A stretch of 64,000 bases of DNA, taken from positions 422 to 64,421 of the forward strand of contig JADYZO010000005.1 in NCBI GenBank assembly GCA_020853135.1, read 5' to 3'. The translations under genes were made by a program, and so were the position numbers. The notes under the pieces were generated by a model. It ran no database searches, was not told where the DNA came from, and saw only the letters and a list, made by a program, of their open reading frames with translations. This document shows positions 26,187 through 36,234 of the stretch, piece after piece (the stretch's first letter is position 1; the number at the start of each line of letters is the position of its first letter). Origin of the DNA: Gammaproteobacteria bacterium. GTDB lineage: Bacteria > Pseudomonadota > Gammaproteobacteria > Steroidobacterales > GCA-2729495.

Positions 26187-26833
26187 GCGGGGCGGACCGC
26201 CAGGCGGGTGACCAGCGTCTCGCGCAGCTGCGTGAGGTTGCCGTGGAAGAAGTGGTCCACGCCGGGCAGCACCACCAATTCAGGGGCCGGCTGCAGTTCG
26301 GCGGCCCAGGCAATGACCTCGCCGCTCGGCACGACGCCATCGGCCTCGCCCTGCACCAGCAGCCAGGGCACTCCCGGATGCCGGCCGGCGAGCAGCCGCC
26401 GGGTGCGCTCCACGGGCGGCGCGATGCTGACCAGGTGCGCCGGGCGCACCGTCAGCGCCGCGGCGCAGGCCACCATGGCACCGAAGGAAAATCCCGCCAG
26501 CAGCAGCTCGCAGCCCGGGAAGCGCTCGCGCATCCAGGCACAGGCGGCCACCGCATCATCCACCTCGCCGCTGCCCTCGGCGTAGCGGCCCTCGCTGGCG
26601 CCAACTCCGCGGAAGTTGAAGCGCAGCGCCGGCGCGCCGAGGTCCAGCATCGCCCGCGACACCGTGTGCACGACCTTGTTCAGCATCGAACCCTGGTGCA
26701 GGGGGTGCGGGTGGCAGATCACCGCTGCCCGGCTGGAATGCCCGGCCTCCGGGCATTCCAGCAGCGCCTCGAGGACGCCGGCCGGACCGGTGATGCTCAG
26801 CGCTTCGCGTGCGGGCGCCTGGCGGTGGACCAT
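26183..26833 (-). CDS. Alpha/beta hydrolase superfamily protein
   Basis: CHPHPLHQGSMLNKVV, RFNFRGVG, nucleophile elbow GFSFG, DHFF. Confidence 0.88.
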   Translation of the reverse strand: MVHRQAPAREALSITGPAGVLEALLECPEAGHSSRAAVICHPHPLHQGSMLNKVVHTVSRAMLDLGAPALRFNFRGVGASEGRYAEGSGEVDDAVAACAWMRERFPGCELLLAGFSFGAMVACAAALTVRPAHLVSIAPPVERTRRLLAGRHPGVPWLLVQGEADGVVPSGEVIAWAAELQPAPELVVLPGVDHFFHGNLTQLRETLVTRLAVRPA

Positions 26834-26870
26834 CTGCAGTACCAGGGTTGGTGCGCCGGCGGGTGGCGGA

Positions 26871-27869
26871 TCAGCGCACGCTGGCGACGCTGTCGAGCTG
26901 CACCTGCGGCGTGAGGTAGCCGTCCTGCGGCGGCTCGGCCGAGGCCAGCGCCGTGGACAGGTACTTCTTGTTGCAATCGGCGAACACCGTGACCACGGTC
27001 GCCCCGGGTCCCATCTCCTCGGCCAGCCTGATCGCTCCCACGAGGTTGGCGCCCGAGGAAATGCCGAGGCCCAGGCCCAGCCGGTGGCAGGTCGCCTGTG
27101 CCATCAGGATCGCATCGCCATCCCAGACATCCACCACCTGGTCCAGCTCGGCCAGGTTCACGATGGAGGGAATGAACTCGTCGCTGATGCCCTGGATGCG
27201 GTGTGCACCGACCTTCTTGCCGGTGCGCAGGGTCGGGGAATTGGCCGGCTCCAGCGGGTGGACCTTGACCTGGCGGCCCTTGCGCCGCAGGTAACGCCCC
27301 ACGCCCATGACGGTGCCGCCGGTTCCCACGCCAGCCACGAAGGCATCGGCCTCCACGCCGAATTGCGCCAGCTGTGCCTCGATCTCCGGGCCCGTCATGA
27401 CCTCGTGGGCCTCGACATTGTCGGGGTTGTCGAACTGGCGCGGCAGGTACGTGTTCGGGTTCTCGGCGGCGAATTCCTGCGTCAGCCGGATCGAGCCCAG
27501 GAAGCCGCCCTGCGCCTTGGACACCGGCACCACCTCGGCACCGAGGCTGTGCATCAGCAGGACCCGCTCGTGGCTCATCCAGTCCGGCATGTAGATCCGC
27601 ACCCGGTGGCCCAGCGCCCGGCCGATGGCAGAAAAGGAAATGCCGGTATTGCCGCTGGTGGCCTCGGCAATGAAGGCCCCGGGCCTCAGCTCGCCGCGCT
27701 GCTGGGCGCGGCGCAGGATGTGCAGCGCCATGCGGTCCTTGACGCTGCCCGTCATGTTCATCATCTCGTACTTGGCAAATACCCGGCGCGGCTGGCCGTT
27801 GAAGCGGTACCTGATCTCGAGCAATGGCGTCTGGCCGACCAGCGCCGCGAGGGATTCAACCGAGTGCAT
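26871..27869 (-). CDS. PLP-dependent cysteine synthase family protein
   Basis: GQTPLL, GSVKDR (PLP lysine), [26 protein letters not shown]; ATG at 27869. Confidence 0.88.
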   Translation of the reverse strand: MHSVESLAALVGQTPLLEIRYRFNGQPRRVFAKYEMMNMTGSVKDRMALHILRRAQQRGELRPGAFIAEATSGNTGISFSAIGRALGHRVRIYMPDWMSHERVLLMHSLGAEVVPVSKAQGGFLGSIRLTQEFAAENPNTYLPRQFDNPDNVEAHEVMTGPEIEAQLAQFGVEADAFVAGVGTGGTVMGVGRYLRRKGRQVKVHPLEPANSPTLRTGKKVGAHRIQGISDEFIPSIVNLAELDQVVDVWDGDAILMAQATCHRLGLGLGISSGANLVGAIRLAEEMGPGATVVTVFADCNKKYLSTALASAEPPQDGYLTPQVQLDSVASVR

Positions 27870-27995
27870 CTGTCCTGGGTCCTGTGCAATTCGTGGACGA
27901 TCCGGAAATTCTAGCGCAGCAGGAGCGCGCGCCGGTACCCGCGAGTCCCCGGCACCGGACACGCGTGGTGTCGCAGCGTCGATGATCCCGCGGTG

Positions 27996-29711
27996 TCAGG
28001 CGACCCGTTCCGCCGCCGGACCAGGCACCGCCAAGGCGGCAAGGAAATGCCGGCGCTCCTCGGCACCAACCCGGGCCAGCATGCGGTTGAGTCCCGCCAT
28101 GAGCGCGCGTACCGAGGCGGTGACGATGTTTGCATCGATCCCCGCACCGAAGGTGCTGCCCGTCACCCCCTGCAGGGCCATCTCGACGATGGCCAGGGCG
28201 CGCGAATCGGCACCCTGGTTCAGCGAGCGCTCCTCGTAGGACTGCACCTCCACCGGGATGCCAAGCGCGGCGATGACGGCATCGATGGGGCCATTGCCCG
28301 TGCCCTCCAGCACCCTCTGCGTGCCGCCGACGACCACCGTGAGCCGCACGCCCTGACGCGCCCCGCGCTCGAAGAGGTGGTGCTCGATGTAGTGCACCGG
28401 CTCGGTGCGCTCGAGGTATTCGGCCGTGAACAGGCGCCAGATGTCCTCCGCCGTGACCTCCGAGCCGGTGGTCTCCGCGAGGCGCTGGACGGCGCCGCTG
28501 AACTCCACCTGCATCCGCCGCGGCATGACCACGCCGCGCGACATCTCGAGCAGGTAGGCCACCCCGCCCTTGCCCGACTGGCTGTTGACCCGCACCAGCG
28601 AGTCGTAGGTCCGGCCGAGGTCCGCCGGGTCGATCGGCAGGTAGGGCACGTTCCAGCAGTCAGCGGGGCGCTGCGCCGCCATGCCCTTGCGGATGGCATC
28701 CTGGTGCGATCCGGAGAAGGCGGTGAACACCAGGTCGCCCACGTAGGGATGGCGCGGATGGATCGGCAGCTGCGTGCAGGCCTCGTAGGTCCGCGCAATG
28801 GCGTTGATGTCGGCGAACCGCAACCCCGGGTCGACGCCCTGGGTGCGCAGGTTGAGGGCGAGCGTGACCAGGTCCACGTTGCCGGTGCGCTCGCCGTTGC
28901 CGAACAGGCAGCCCTCGACCCGCTCGGCTCCGGCCATCAACGCCAGTTCGGCGGCCGCAACCGCCGTGCCACGGTCATTGTGCGGGTGCACGCTGATGAT
29001 GACGGAGTCACGCCGTGCAAGGTGGCGGTCCATCCATTCCACCTGGTCGGCGTACACGTTCGGCGTGGCCACCTCCACGGTGGCCGGGAGGTTGAGGATC
29101 ACCTTGCGCTGCGGCGTGGCACCCCAGGCATCCACCACGGCGTCACAGATCTCCCGGGAGAATTCCAGTTCCGTGGCCGAGAAGGTCTCGGGGCTGTACT
29201 CCAGCACCCATTCGGTGCCGGGCTGCCCGCTGCAGAGCTCGCGGATCAGGCGCACGCCCGACACCGTCATGTCCACCACGTCCGCGCGCTGCATGCCAAA
29301 CACGAATTCGCGGAACACGGGTGAGGTCGCGGTGTAGACGTGCACGATCGCCCGGCGTGCGCCGCGCAGCGCCTCGATGGTGCGCCGGATGAGCGGCTCG
29401 CGGGCCTGCGTCAGCACCCCGATGGTGACATCCTCCGGGATGTGGCCACCCTCGATCAGGGTGCGCACGAAATCGAACTCGGTCTTCGAGGCCGACGGGA
29501 ACCCGACCTCGATCTCCCTGAAACCGATGTCGCAGAGCATGCGGAACATGCGCAGCTTGCGCTCCGCGCCCATGGGCTCGAACAGCGCCTGGTTGCCGTC
29601 GCGCAGGTCGGTGCTGAGCCAGGCGGGCGGGCTCGTGATGACCCGCGCCGGCCAGCGGCGGCCGGGGAGGTCGATGGGCGGAAATGCGCGATAGCGGGTG
29701 GCGGGGGACAT
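27996..29711 (-). CDS. leuA: 2-isopropylmalate synthase (long, yeast/Pseudomonas type)
   Basis: STDLRDGNQAL, IEVGFPSAS, EYSPETF, HPHNDRGT, GNGERTGN, AFSGSHQDAI; ATG at 29711. Confidence 0.93.
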   Translation of the reverse strand: MSPATRYRAFPPIDLPGRRWPARVITSPPAWLSTDLRDGNQALFEPMGAERKLRMFRMLCDIGFREIEVGFPSASKTEFDFVRTLIEGGHIPEDVTIGVLTQAREPLIRRTIEALRGARRAIVHVYTATSPVFREFVFGMQRADVVDMTVSGVRLIRELCSGQPGTEWVLEYSPETFSATELEFSREICDAVVDAWGATPQRKVILNLPATVEVATPNVYADQVEWMDRHLARRDSVIISVHPHNDRGTAVAAAELALMAGAERVEGCLFGNGERTGNVDLVTLALNLRTQGVDPGLRFADINAIARTYEACTQLPIHPRHPYVGDLVFTAFSGSHQDAIRKGMAAQRPADCWNVPYLPIDPADLGRTYDSLVRVNSQSGKGGVAYLLEMSRGVVMPRRMQVEFSGAVQRLAETTGSEVTAEDIWRLFTAEYLERTEPVHYIEHHLFERGARQGVRLTVVVGGTQRVLEGTGNGPIDAVIAALGIPVEVQSYEERSLNQGADSRALAIVEMALQGVTGSTFGAGIDANIVTASVRALMAGLNRMLARVGAEERRHFLAALAVPGPAAERVA

Positions 29712-29809
29712 GGTCGGTCTTCCTGCAGATTCCCCGGGTGGGACGGCAGATACCTTAGCGGCGCACCCCGGGCTGCCGATTGCGAAATGCCGCGCATCCC
29801 CGGGCATGA

Positions 29810-29850
29810 TTGACATTGTATTGCCACATTTATTCAATATGCGCAATAAT
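29810..29850. promoter_or_regulatory. AT-rich divergent control region between leuA and lrp
   Basis: TTGACA at 29810 and inverted repeat ATTGC...GCAAT (29820-29847) in an AT-rich island. Confidence 0.45.
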
Positions 29851-29881
29851 CATTCAATCCTGTCGAACTGGAGGCTATCCA

Positions 29882-30358
29882 ATGCACATGGACCGATACG
29901 ACCGGCAGATCCTCGAGGCCCTCCAGGGCAATTCGGCGCTGAGCAACCAGGAACTGGCCGAGCGCATCGGCCTGTCACCCTCGCCCTGCCTGCGGCGCGT
30001 CCGTGCCCTGGAGGAGGCAGGGGTGATCACCGGGTATCGCGCACTGCTCGATCCCCGCAGCCTGGGGCTCACGCTGACGGCGCTGGTCCACATCGCCATG
30101 GACCGCCACACCCCGGACCGCTTCGGGCACTTCGAGAAGGAGGTGGCCCGCCTGCCGGAGGTGCTGGAGTGCCTGCTCATCACCGGGCAGGACGCCGACT
30201 ACCAGCTGAAGGTGGTGGTCACCGACATGGATGCCTACCAGGCGCTGCTGCTCAACAAGATCACCCGCATCGAAGGCGTGACCGGGGTGCACTCGAGCTT
30301 CGTGCTGCGCACGGTCCTCGACCGCACCGCACTGCCCCTGCCCGCAGTCCGGGCGTGA
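29882..30358 (+). CDS. Lrp/AsnC family transcriptional regulator
   Basis: MDRYDRQILEALQ, LAERIGLSPSPCLRRVRALE, ITGQDADYQLKV. Confidence 0.95.
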   Translation: MHMDRYDRQILEALQGNSALSNQELAERIGLSPSPCLRRVRALEEAGVITGYRALLDPRSLGLTLTALVHIAMDRHTPDRFGHFEKEVARLPEVLECLLITGQDADYQLKVVVTDMDAYQALLLNKITRIEGVTGVHSSFVLRTVLDRTALPLPAVRA

Positions 30359-30388
30359 TAACCTCGCCGGCACGGGAGTCCGCACGCC

Positions 30389-31339
30389 ATGCATGCCCAC
30401 AGCCACGATCACGACGAGCATGAGCACAGTCACGATCACGGGCAGGACCATGGCCATGCTCACCACCACCCGCCGCCGGAGAAGATGACCCGGGCATTTG
30501 CCATCGGCATCGCGCTCAATACGCTGTTCGTGCTGGTGGAATTCGGCTTCGGGCTGCTGGCTGACTCGCTGGCCCTGATCGCCGATGCCGGCCACAACCT
30601 GAGCGACGTGCTCAGCCTGGTCCTGGCCTGGGGCGCCATCGAACTGGCCAAGCGTGACCCCACCCCGCGGCGCACCTACGGCCTGCGCCGTGGCACCATC
30701 CTGTCCTCGCTGGTCAGCTCACTCCTGCTGCTGGTGGCCATGGGTGCCATTGGCTGGGAAGCCTTGCTCCGGCTGAGGGCACCGGCGCCGGTGGCCGGCG
30801 ACATCATGATCCTGGTCGCCGCCGCGGGAGTGGTCATCAATGGCGTGACGGCATGGCTCTTCGCGGCCGGCCGCCATCACGACATCAACGTGCGGGCCGC
30901 GTTCCTGCACATGGCCGGCGATGCCGGCGTGTCAGTGGGCGTGGCGCTGGGCGGCATCGGCGTGGTGCTCGCCGGCTGGGCATGGCTCGACCCGGTCATC
31001 AGCCTGGCCATTGTCGGCATCATCGTCTGGAGCACCTGGGGGGTGCTGATCGAGGCCATGGACCTGGTCTTCGATGCGGTGCCGAGGGGCATCGATCCCC
31101 ACGCCGTGCGCGGGTACCTGGAAGCCCTGCCGGGCGTCACCGGTATCCACGACCTGCACATCTGGGCGATGAGCACCACGGAAACAGCGCTGACCGCGCA
31201 CCTGGTCATGCCTGGCGGACACCGTGACGACCACTTCCTGCACGATGTCGCCCACGACCTCGCCGGGCGCTTCCGCATCGGCCACACCACCCTGCAGGTC
31301 GAACACGGCATCGGCCCGGCCTGCGACCAGAGCTGCTGA
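30389..31339 (+). CDS. Cation diffusion facilitator (CzcD/ZitB-like) with His-rich N-terminus
   Basis: DAGHNLSD, AFLHMAGD, HDLHIWAMS; His/Asp-rich first 28 aa. Confidence 0.92.
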   Translation: MHAHSHDHDEHEHSHDHGQDHGHAHHHPPPEKMTRAFAIGIALNTLFVLVEFGFGLLADSLALIADAGHNLSDVLSLVLAWGAIELAKRDPTPRRTYGLRRGTILSSLVSSLLLLVAMGAIGWEALLRLRAPAPVAGDIMILVAAAGVVINGVTAWLFAAGRHHDINVRAAFLHMAGDAGVSVGVALGGIGVVLAGWAWLDPVISLAIVGIIVWSTWGVLIEAMDLVFDAVPRGIDPHAVRGYLEALPGVTGIHDLHIWAMSTTETALTAHLVMPGGHRDDHFLHDVAHDLAGRFRIGHTTLQVEHGIGPACDQSC

Positions 31340-31442
31340 CACGGGCCACCCCGGGCCGCGGCGGCGGGCTGCGGGCGCTGAACCCGCGGTGATGCACCGC
31401 CGCGGGGCACCGTGCAGCGGTCCCCGCGCAGCCTGACGTCGC

Positions 31443-33302
<1,860 letters not shown>

Positions 33303-33360
33303 GTGTGTCCCTTCGTGCAGGCCGGCCGCCACGGACAGCGGCGGCGCGGGCTGCGCTAGG

Positions 33361-33387
33361 GTGGGGGCTGGCCGGCGCCTTTTCAAG
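33361..33387 (-). promoter_or_regulatory. Sigma32 (RpoH) promoter of htpG
   Basis: Minus strand CTTGAAA-N13-CCCCCAC, matching the RpoH consensus, about 60 nt before htpG. Confidence 0.75.
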
Positions 33388-33402
33388 GCGCTGGCTGAAG
33401 GC

Positions 33403-33567
33403 TCAGGACAGCGGCAGTCCCGTGGCAGCGGCGGCCAGCAGGAAGGCGCCGACCAGCGAGGCCGCCGCCAGCCAGTGGCGCCAGCGCCCTGCCCAGACCA
33501 GGCGCAACGCGCCGCCGAGGCAGTCGGCCTGGTCGAGCAGGCGCAGCATCCGTTCAGGACGCAGCAT
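33403..33567 (-). CDS. Small hydrophobic hypothetical protein (54 aa), absent from the ORF track
   Basis: Hand translation [54 protein letters not shown]; fills the gap exactly; one C-terminal hydrophobic helix. Confidence 0.5.
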   Translation of the reverse strand: MLRPERMLRLLDQADCLGGALRLVWAGRWRHWLAAASLVGAFLLAAAATGLPLS

Positions 33568-33584
33568 CAGCGGCCTACCGCGGC

Positions 33585-33782
33585 TCAGCGCTCGTGGGCC
33601 GAGGGCACGACCGACAGCCGGGGCCGTGGTGGTGCCTCGGCGGCAGGGATGGGACCGGCAGACGGCATCTCGCCGCTTTCCAGTCGCCGGCGCACGCCCT
33701 GCAGCGCGCTGGCCACCCAGGCGCGGCGGGTGCGGGTCTCGGGGTTCTGGATGAGGTCGTCGTTCTCGTCTCGGTCTGACAT
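33585..33782 (-). CDS. Hypothetical protein (65 aa)
   Basis: GC-rich third codon positions; fills an intergenic gap; co-oriented with neighbours. Confidence 0.55.
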   Translation of the reverse strand: MSDRDENDDLIQNPETRTRRAWVASALQGVRRRLESGEMPSAGPIPAAEAPPRPRLSVVPSAHER

Positions 33783-33878
33783 CGCGCCGGTCTGTTGTGT
33801 GCTGGCTGCCTGGCCTGGCTGTTGTCGGGGTGGCCGTCCTGGCGGGGACGGTCCCGTGCCGTCGGTGATCTGGCGGGG

Positions 33879-34181
33879 TTACTCGTCCTGCTTCCAGTCG
33901 CGGCGGATCTTCTCCGACCAGTTGCGGTAGCCCTTCCAGGTGTACAGGGCGGGATCGACCACCGTGCGCCGCTTGTCCGGCGACTGCACGCGGTTCAGCC
34001 AGCGGCGGTAGGAATCCCAGCCGCCCACGTCCCTGCCCTCCGGATTGACCAGGTCATGGACCCGGCCCTTGCGCAGCGTGGACTCGTAGCCGGGTTTGCC
34101 GGGGCCGGCAGCGCTTGCGCTGCTGCTGGCGATCCCATTGCTGGCACCGGGGGAAAGACTGTTGTTCTTGTAATGACTCAT
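33879..34181 (-). CDS. Hypothetical protein (100 aa) with a repeated WxxYxxW motif
   Basis: Non-shadow composition (many K, N, W, Y); purine-rich leader GGAGGAACGGGG upstream; repeats GWDSYRRWL and TWKGYRNWS. Confidence 0.7.
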   Translation of the reverse strand: MSHYKNNSLSPGASNGIASSSASAAGPGKPGYESTLRKGRVHDLVNPEGRDVGGWDSYRRWLNRVQSPDKRRTVVDPALYTWKGYRNWSEKIRRDWKQDE

Positions 34182-34333
34182 GGCGAGCGTCCCCGTTCCT
34201 CCACAGTGGCGCCAGCTTATGGAGCAGGTTCATGGCCCACGAGGAACTGAGTCACAGGCACCCTGATTTAACAACGCCGTTATGAGAAGCCTCGCCGCCC
34301 GCGCGGCGGCGACCATCCACGCGCTGGTGCGCC

Positions 34334-35722
34334 TCAGATGTTCAGGCGATAACAGGGCTGGTAGGCGCGACCGGGGAGCTTCATGCGGTTCTGGGCGACG
34401 AAGGCCCCGAGCAGCTGGTCCAGGCGCGCCATGATCTCGCGGTCACCCGCCAGCTCGAAGGGTCCCCGGCTCTCGATGGCGCGGATGCCCTCGTCCTTGA
34501 CGTTGCCCGACACCAGACCGGAGAACGCCTTGCGCAGGCTGGCCGCGAGCCGTGCCGGCTCCTGGCCCCGGTGCAGGGCCAGTGCTGCCATGTTCTCGTG
34601 GGTCGCCTGGAATGGCTGCTGGAAATCCATGTCGAGGTGCAGCCGCCAGTTGAAATAGTAGGCGTCGTTCTTGGCATGGCGGAAATCGCGCACCTGGCGC
34701 ATGCCCTCGCGCAGCATCGTGGCGACGGCCGCCGGGTCACCGAGGCAGATGCGGTAACGCTGTTGCGCCTCGCGGCCCAGCGTGGCGCCGATGAATTCGT
34801 GGATCCGGGCGAAGTACGGCTCGCTGGACTGCGGGCCGGTCAGCACCACCGGGAGCGTGAGGTCGCGGTTCCGCTCGTGGAGCAGTATGCCGAGCAGGAA
34901 CAGGAACTCCTCGGCCGTACCCACGCCGCCCGGGAATATGACGATGGCATGCGCGATGCGCACGAACGCCTCCAGCCGCTTCTCCATGTCGGGCATGATG
35001 ACCAGCTGGTTGACGATGGGGTTGGGCGACTCGGCGGCAATGATGCCGGGCTCGGTGACGCCGACGTAGCGGCCATCGCCCACCCGCTGCTTGGCGTGCC
35101 CCACCGCGGCACCCTTCATCGGCCCCTTCATGGCGCCATTGCCACAGCCGGTGCAGACGTTCATCTCGCGCAGCCCGATCTCGTAGCCGACCTTCTTGGA
35201 GTAGTCATACTCCTCGCGGCTGATCGCGTGCCCGCCCCAGCAGACCACCAGGTCGGGCTCCCCGGCCCGCAGGGCGCCGGCGTTGCGCAGGATGTGGAAG
35301 ACGGCGTTGGTGATGCCGTCGCTGCTGCCGAGATCGAACTGCCCGCCGCCCGACACCTCGTTGTTGATGAAAACCACGTCGCGCAGGACCGCAAACAGCA
35401 GCTCGCGGATGCCGCGGATCATCCTGCCATCGACGAAGGCCTCCGGCGGGGCATTGCGCAGCGCGAGCTTCACGCCGCGGTCCTGCTGCACGATGAAGAC
35501 GTCGAAGTCGCGGTACTTTTCGAGCACCTCGCGGCTGTCGTCGGTCTGGCCCCCGACGTTGAGCACCGCCAGGGCGCAGCGGCGCAGCACCTCGTGCTGG
35601 CCACCCTCACCGGTCCTGCGCAGGCGGTTGACCTCGTGCTGGGAAAGCAGCTCCAGGCTGCGCTCGGGCATCACCTCCACCAGGGTCTCGGCCCCCTGCC
35701 GGGCAGGCATTCCCACGTTCAC
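34334..35722 (-). CDS. ppnN: Nucleotide 5'-monophosphate nucleosidase (LOG family, YgdH)
   Basis: LRRCALAVLN, VVCWGGHAI, CTGCGNGAMKGPMKGA, EKRLEAFVR, PGGVGTAEE. Confidence 0.93.
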   Translation of the reverse strand: MNVGMPARQGAETLVEVMPERSLELLSQHEVNRLRRTGEGGQHEVLRRCALAVLNVGGQTDDSREVLEKYRDFDVFIVQQDRGVKLALRNAPPEAFVDGRMIRGIRELLFAVLRDVVFINNEVSGGGQFDLGSSDGITNAVFHILRNAGALRAGEPDLVVCWGGHAISREEYDYSKKVGYEIGLREMNVCTGCGNGAMKGPMKGAAVGHAKQRVGDGRYVGVTEPGIIAAESPNPIVNQLVIMPDMEKRLEAFVRIAHAIVIFPGGVGTAEEFLFLLGILLHERNRDLTLPVVLTGPQSSEPYFARIHEFIGATLGREAQQRYRICLGDPAAVATMLREGMRQVRDFRHAKNDAYYFNWRLHLDMDFQQPFQATHENMAALALHRGQEPARLAASLRKAFSGLVSGNVKDEGIRAIESRGPFELAGDREIMARLDQLLGAFVAQNRMKLPGRAYQPCYRLNI

Positions 35723-36234
35723 GGCAGGATGTCGATGGGGGTGTTGCGGGCGGTCATCAGCCAGATGTCCACCATGTCGGCATTGGACACGGCGATGCAG
35801 CCGTTGGTCCAGTCGGTGCGCCGGTAGTACTCGGCCGAGCGCGTGGGCATGTTGGGCATGCCGTGGATCATGATCGCCCCACCCGGGGCATGACCGCGGG
35901 CCCGGGCGTCGCGCTGGTTGCGCTCATCGGGATAGGAAATGCGGATCGACAGGAAGAAATCGCTGTCAGGGTTGCGGTCGACGAGCAGGTAGCGCCCCTC
36001 GGGGGTGCGGAAATCACCCTCGCGCGTCTTCGGCCCCTCGGGCGAGAGCCCGAGCGCAATGCGGAAGCTGCGCAGCACCGTGTCGTTCTTCATGAGGTCG
36101 AGTCGGCGCTCGGCCTTGTGCACGACCACCCGGTCGGCCAACTCGGCCTCCGCCGCCTGCACCGGGGCCACCAGGGCGGCCAGGACCAGCACCGCCACGC
36201 AGGCGCAGCACACCCGCTTCATGGCCCCCGTCAT
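35719..36234 (-). CDS. L,D-transpeptidase (YkuD) family protein
   Basis: Signal peptide, EGDFRTPEGRY, catalytic IMIHG...TNGCIAV; ATG at 36234 or 36222. Confidence 0.88.
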   Translation of the reverse strand: MTGAMKRVCCACVAVLVLAALVAPVQAAEAELADRVVVHKAERRLDLMKNDTVLRSFRIALGLSPEGPKTREGDFRTPEGRYLLVDRNPDSDFFLSIRISYPDERNQRDARARGHAPGGAIMIHGMPNMPTRSAEYYRRTDWTNGCIAVSNADMVDIWLMTARNTPIDILP

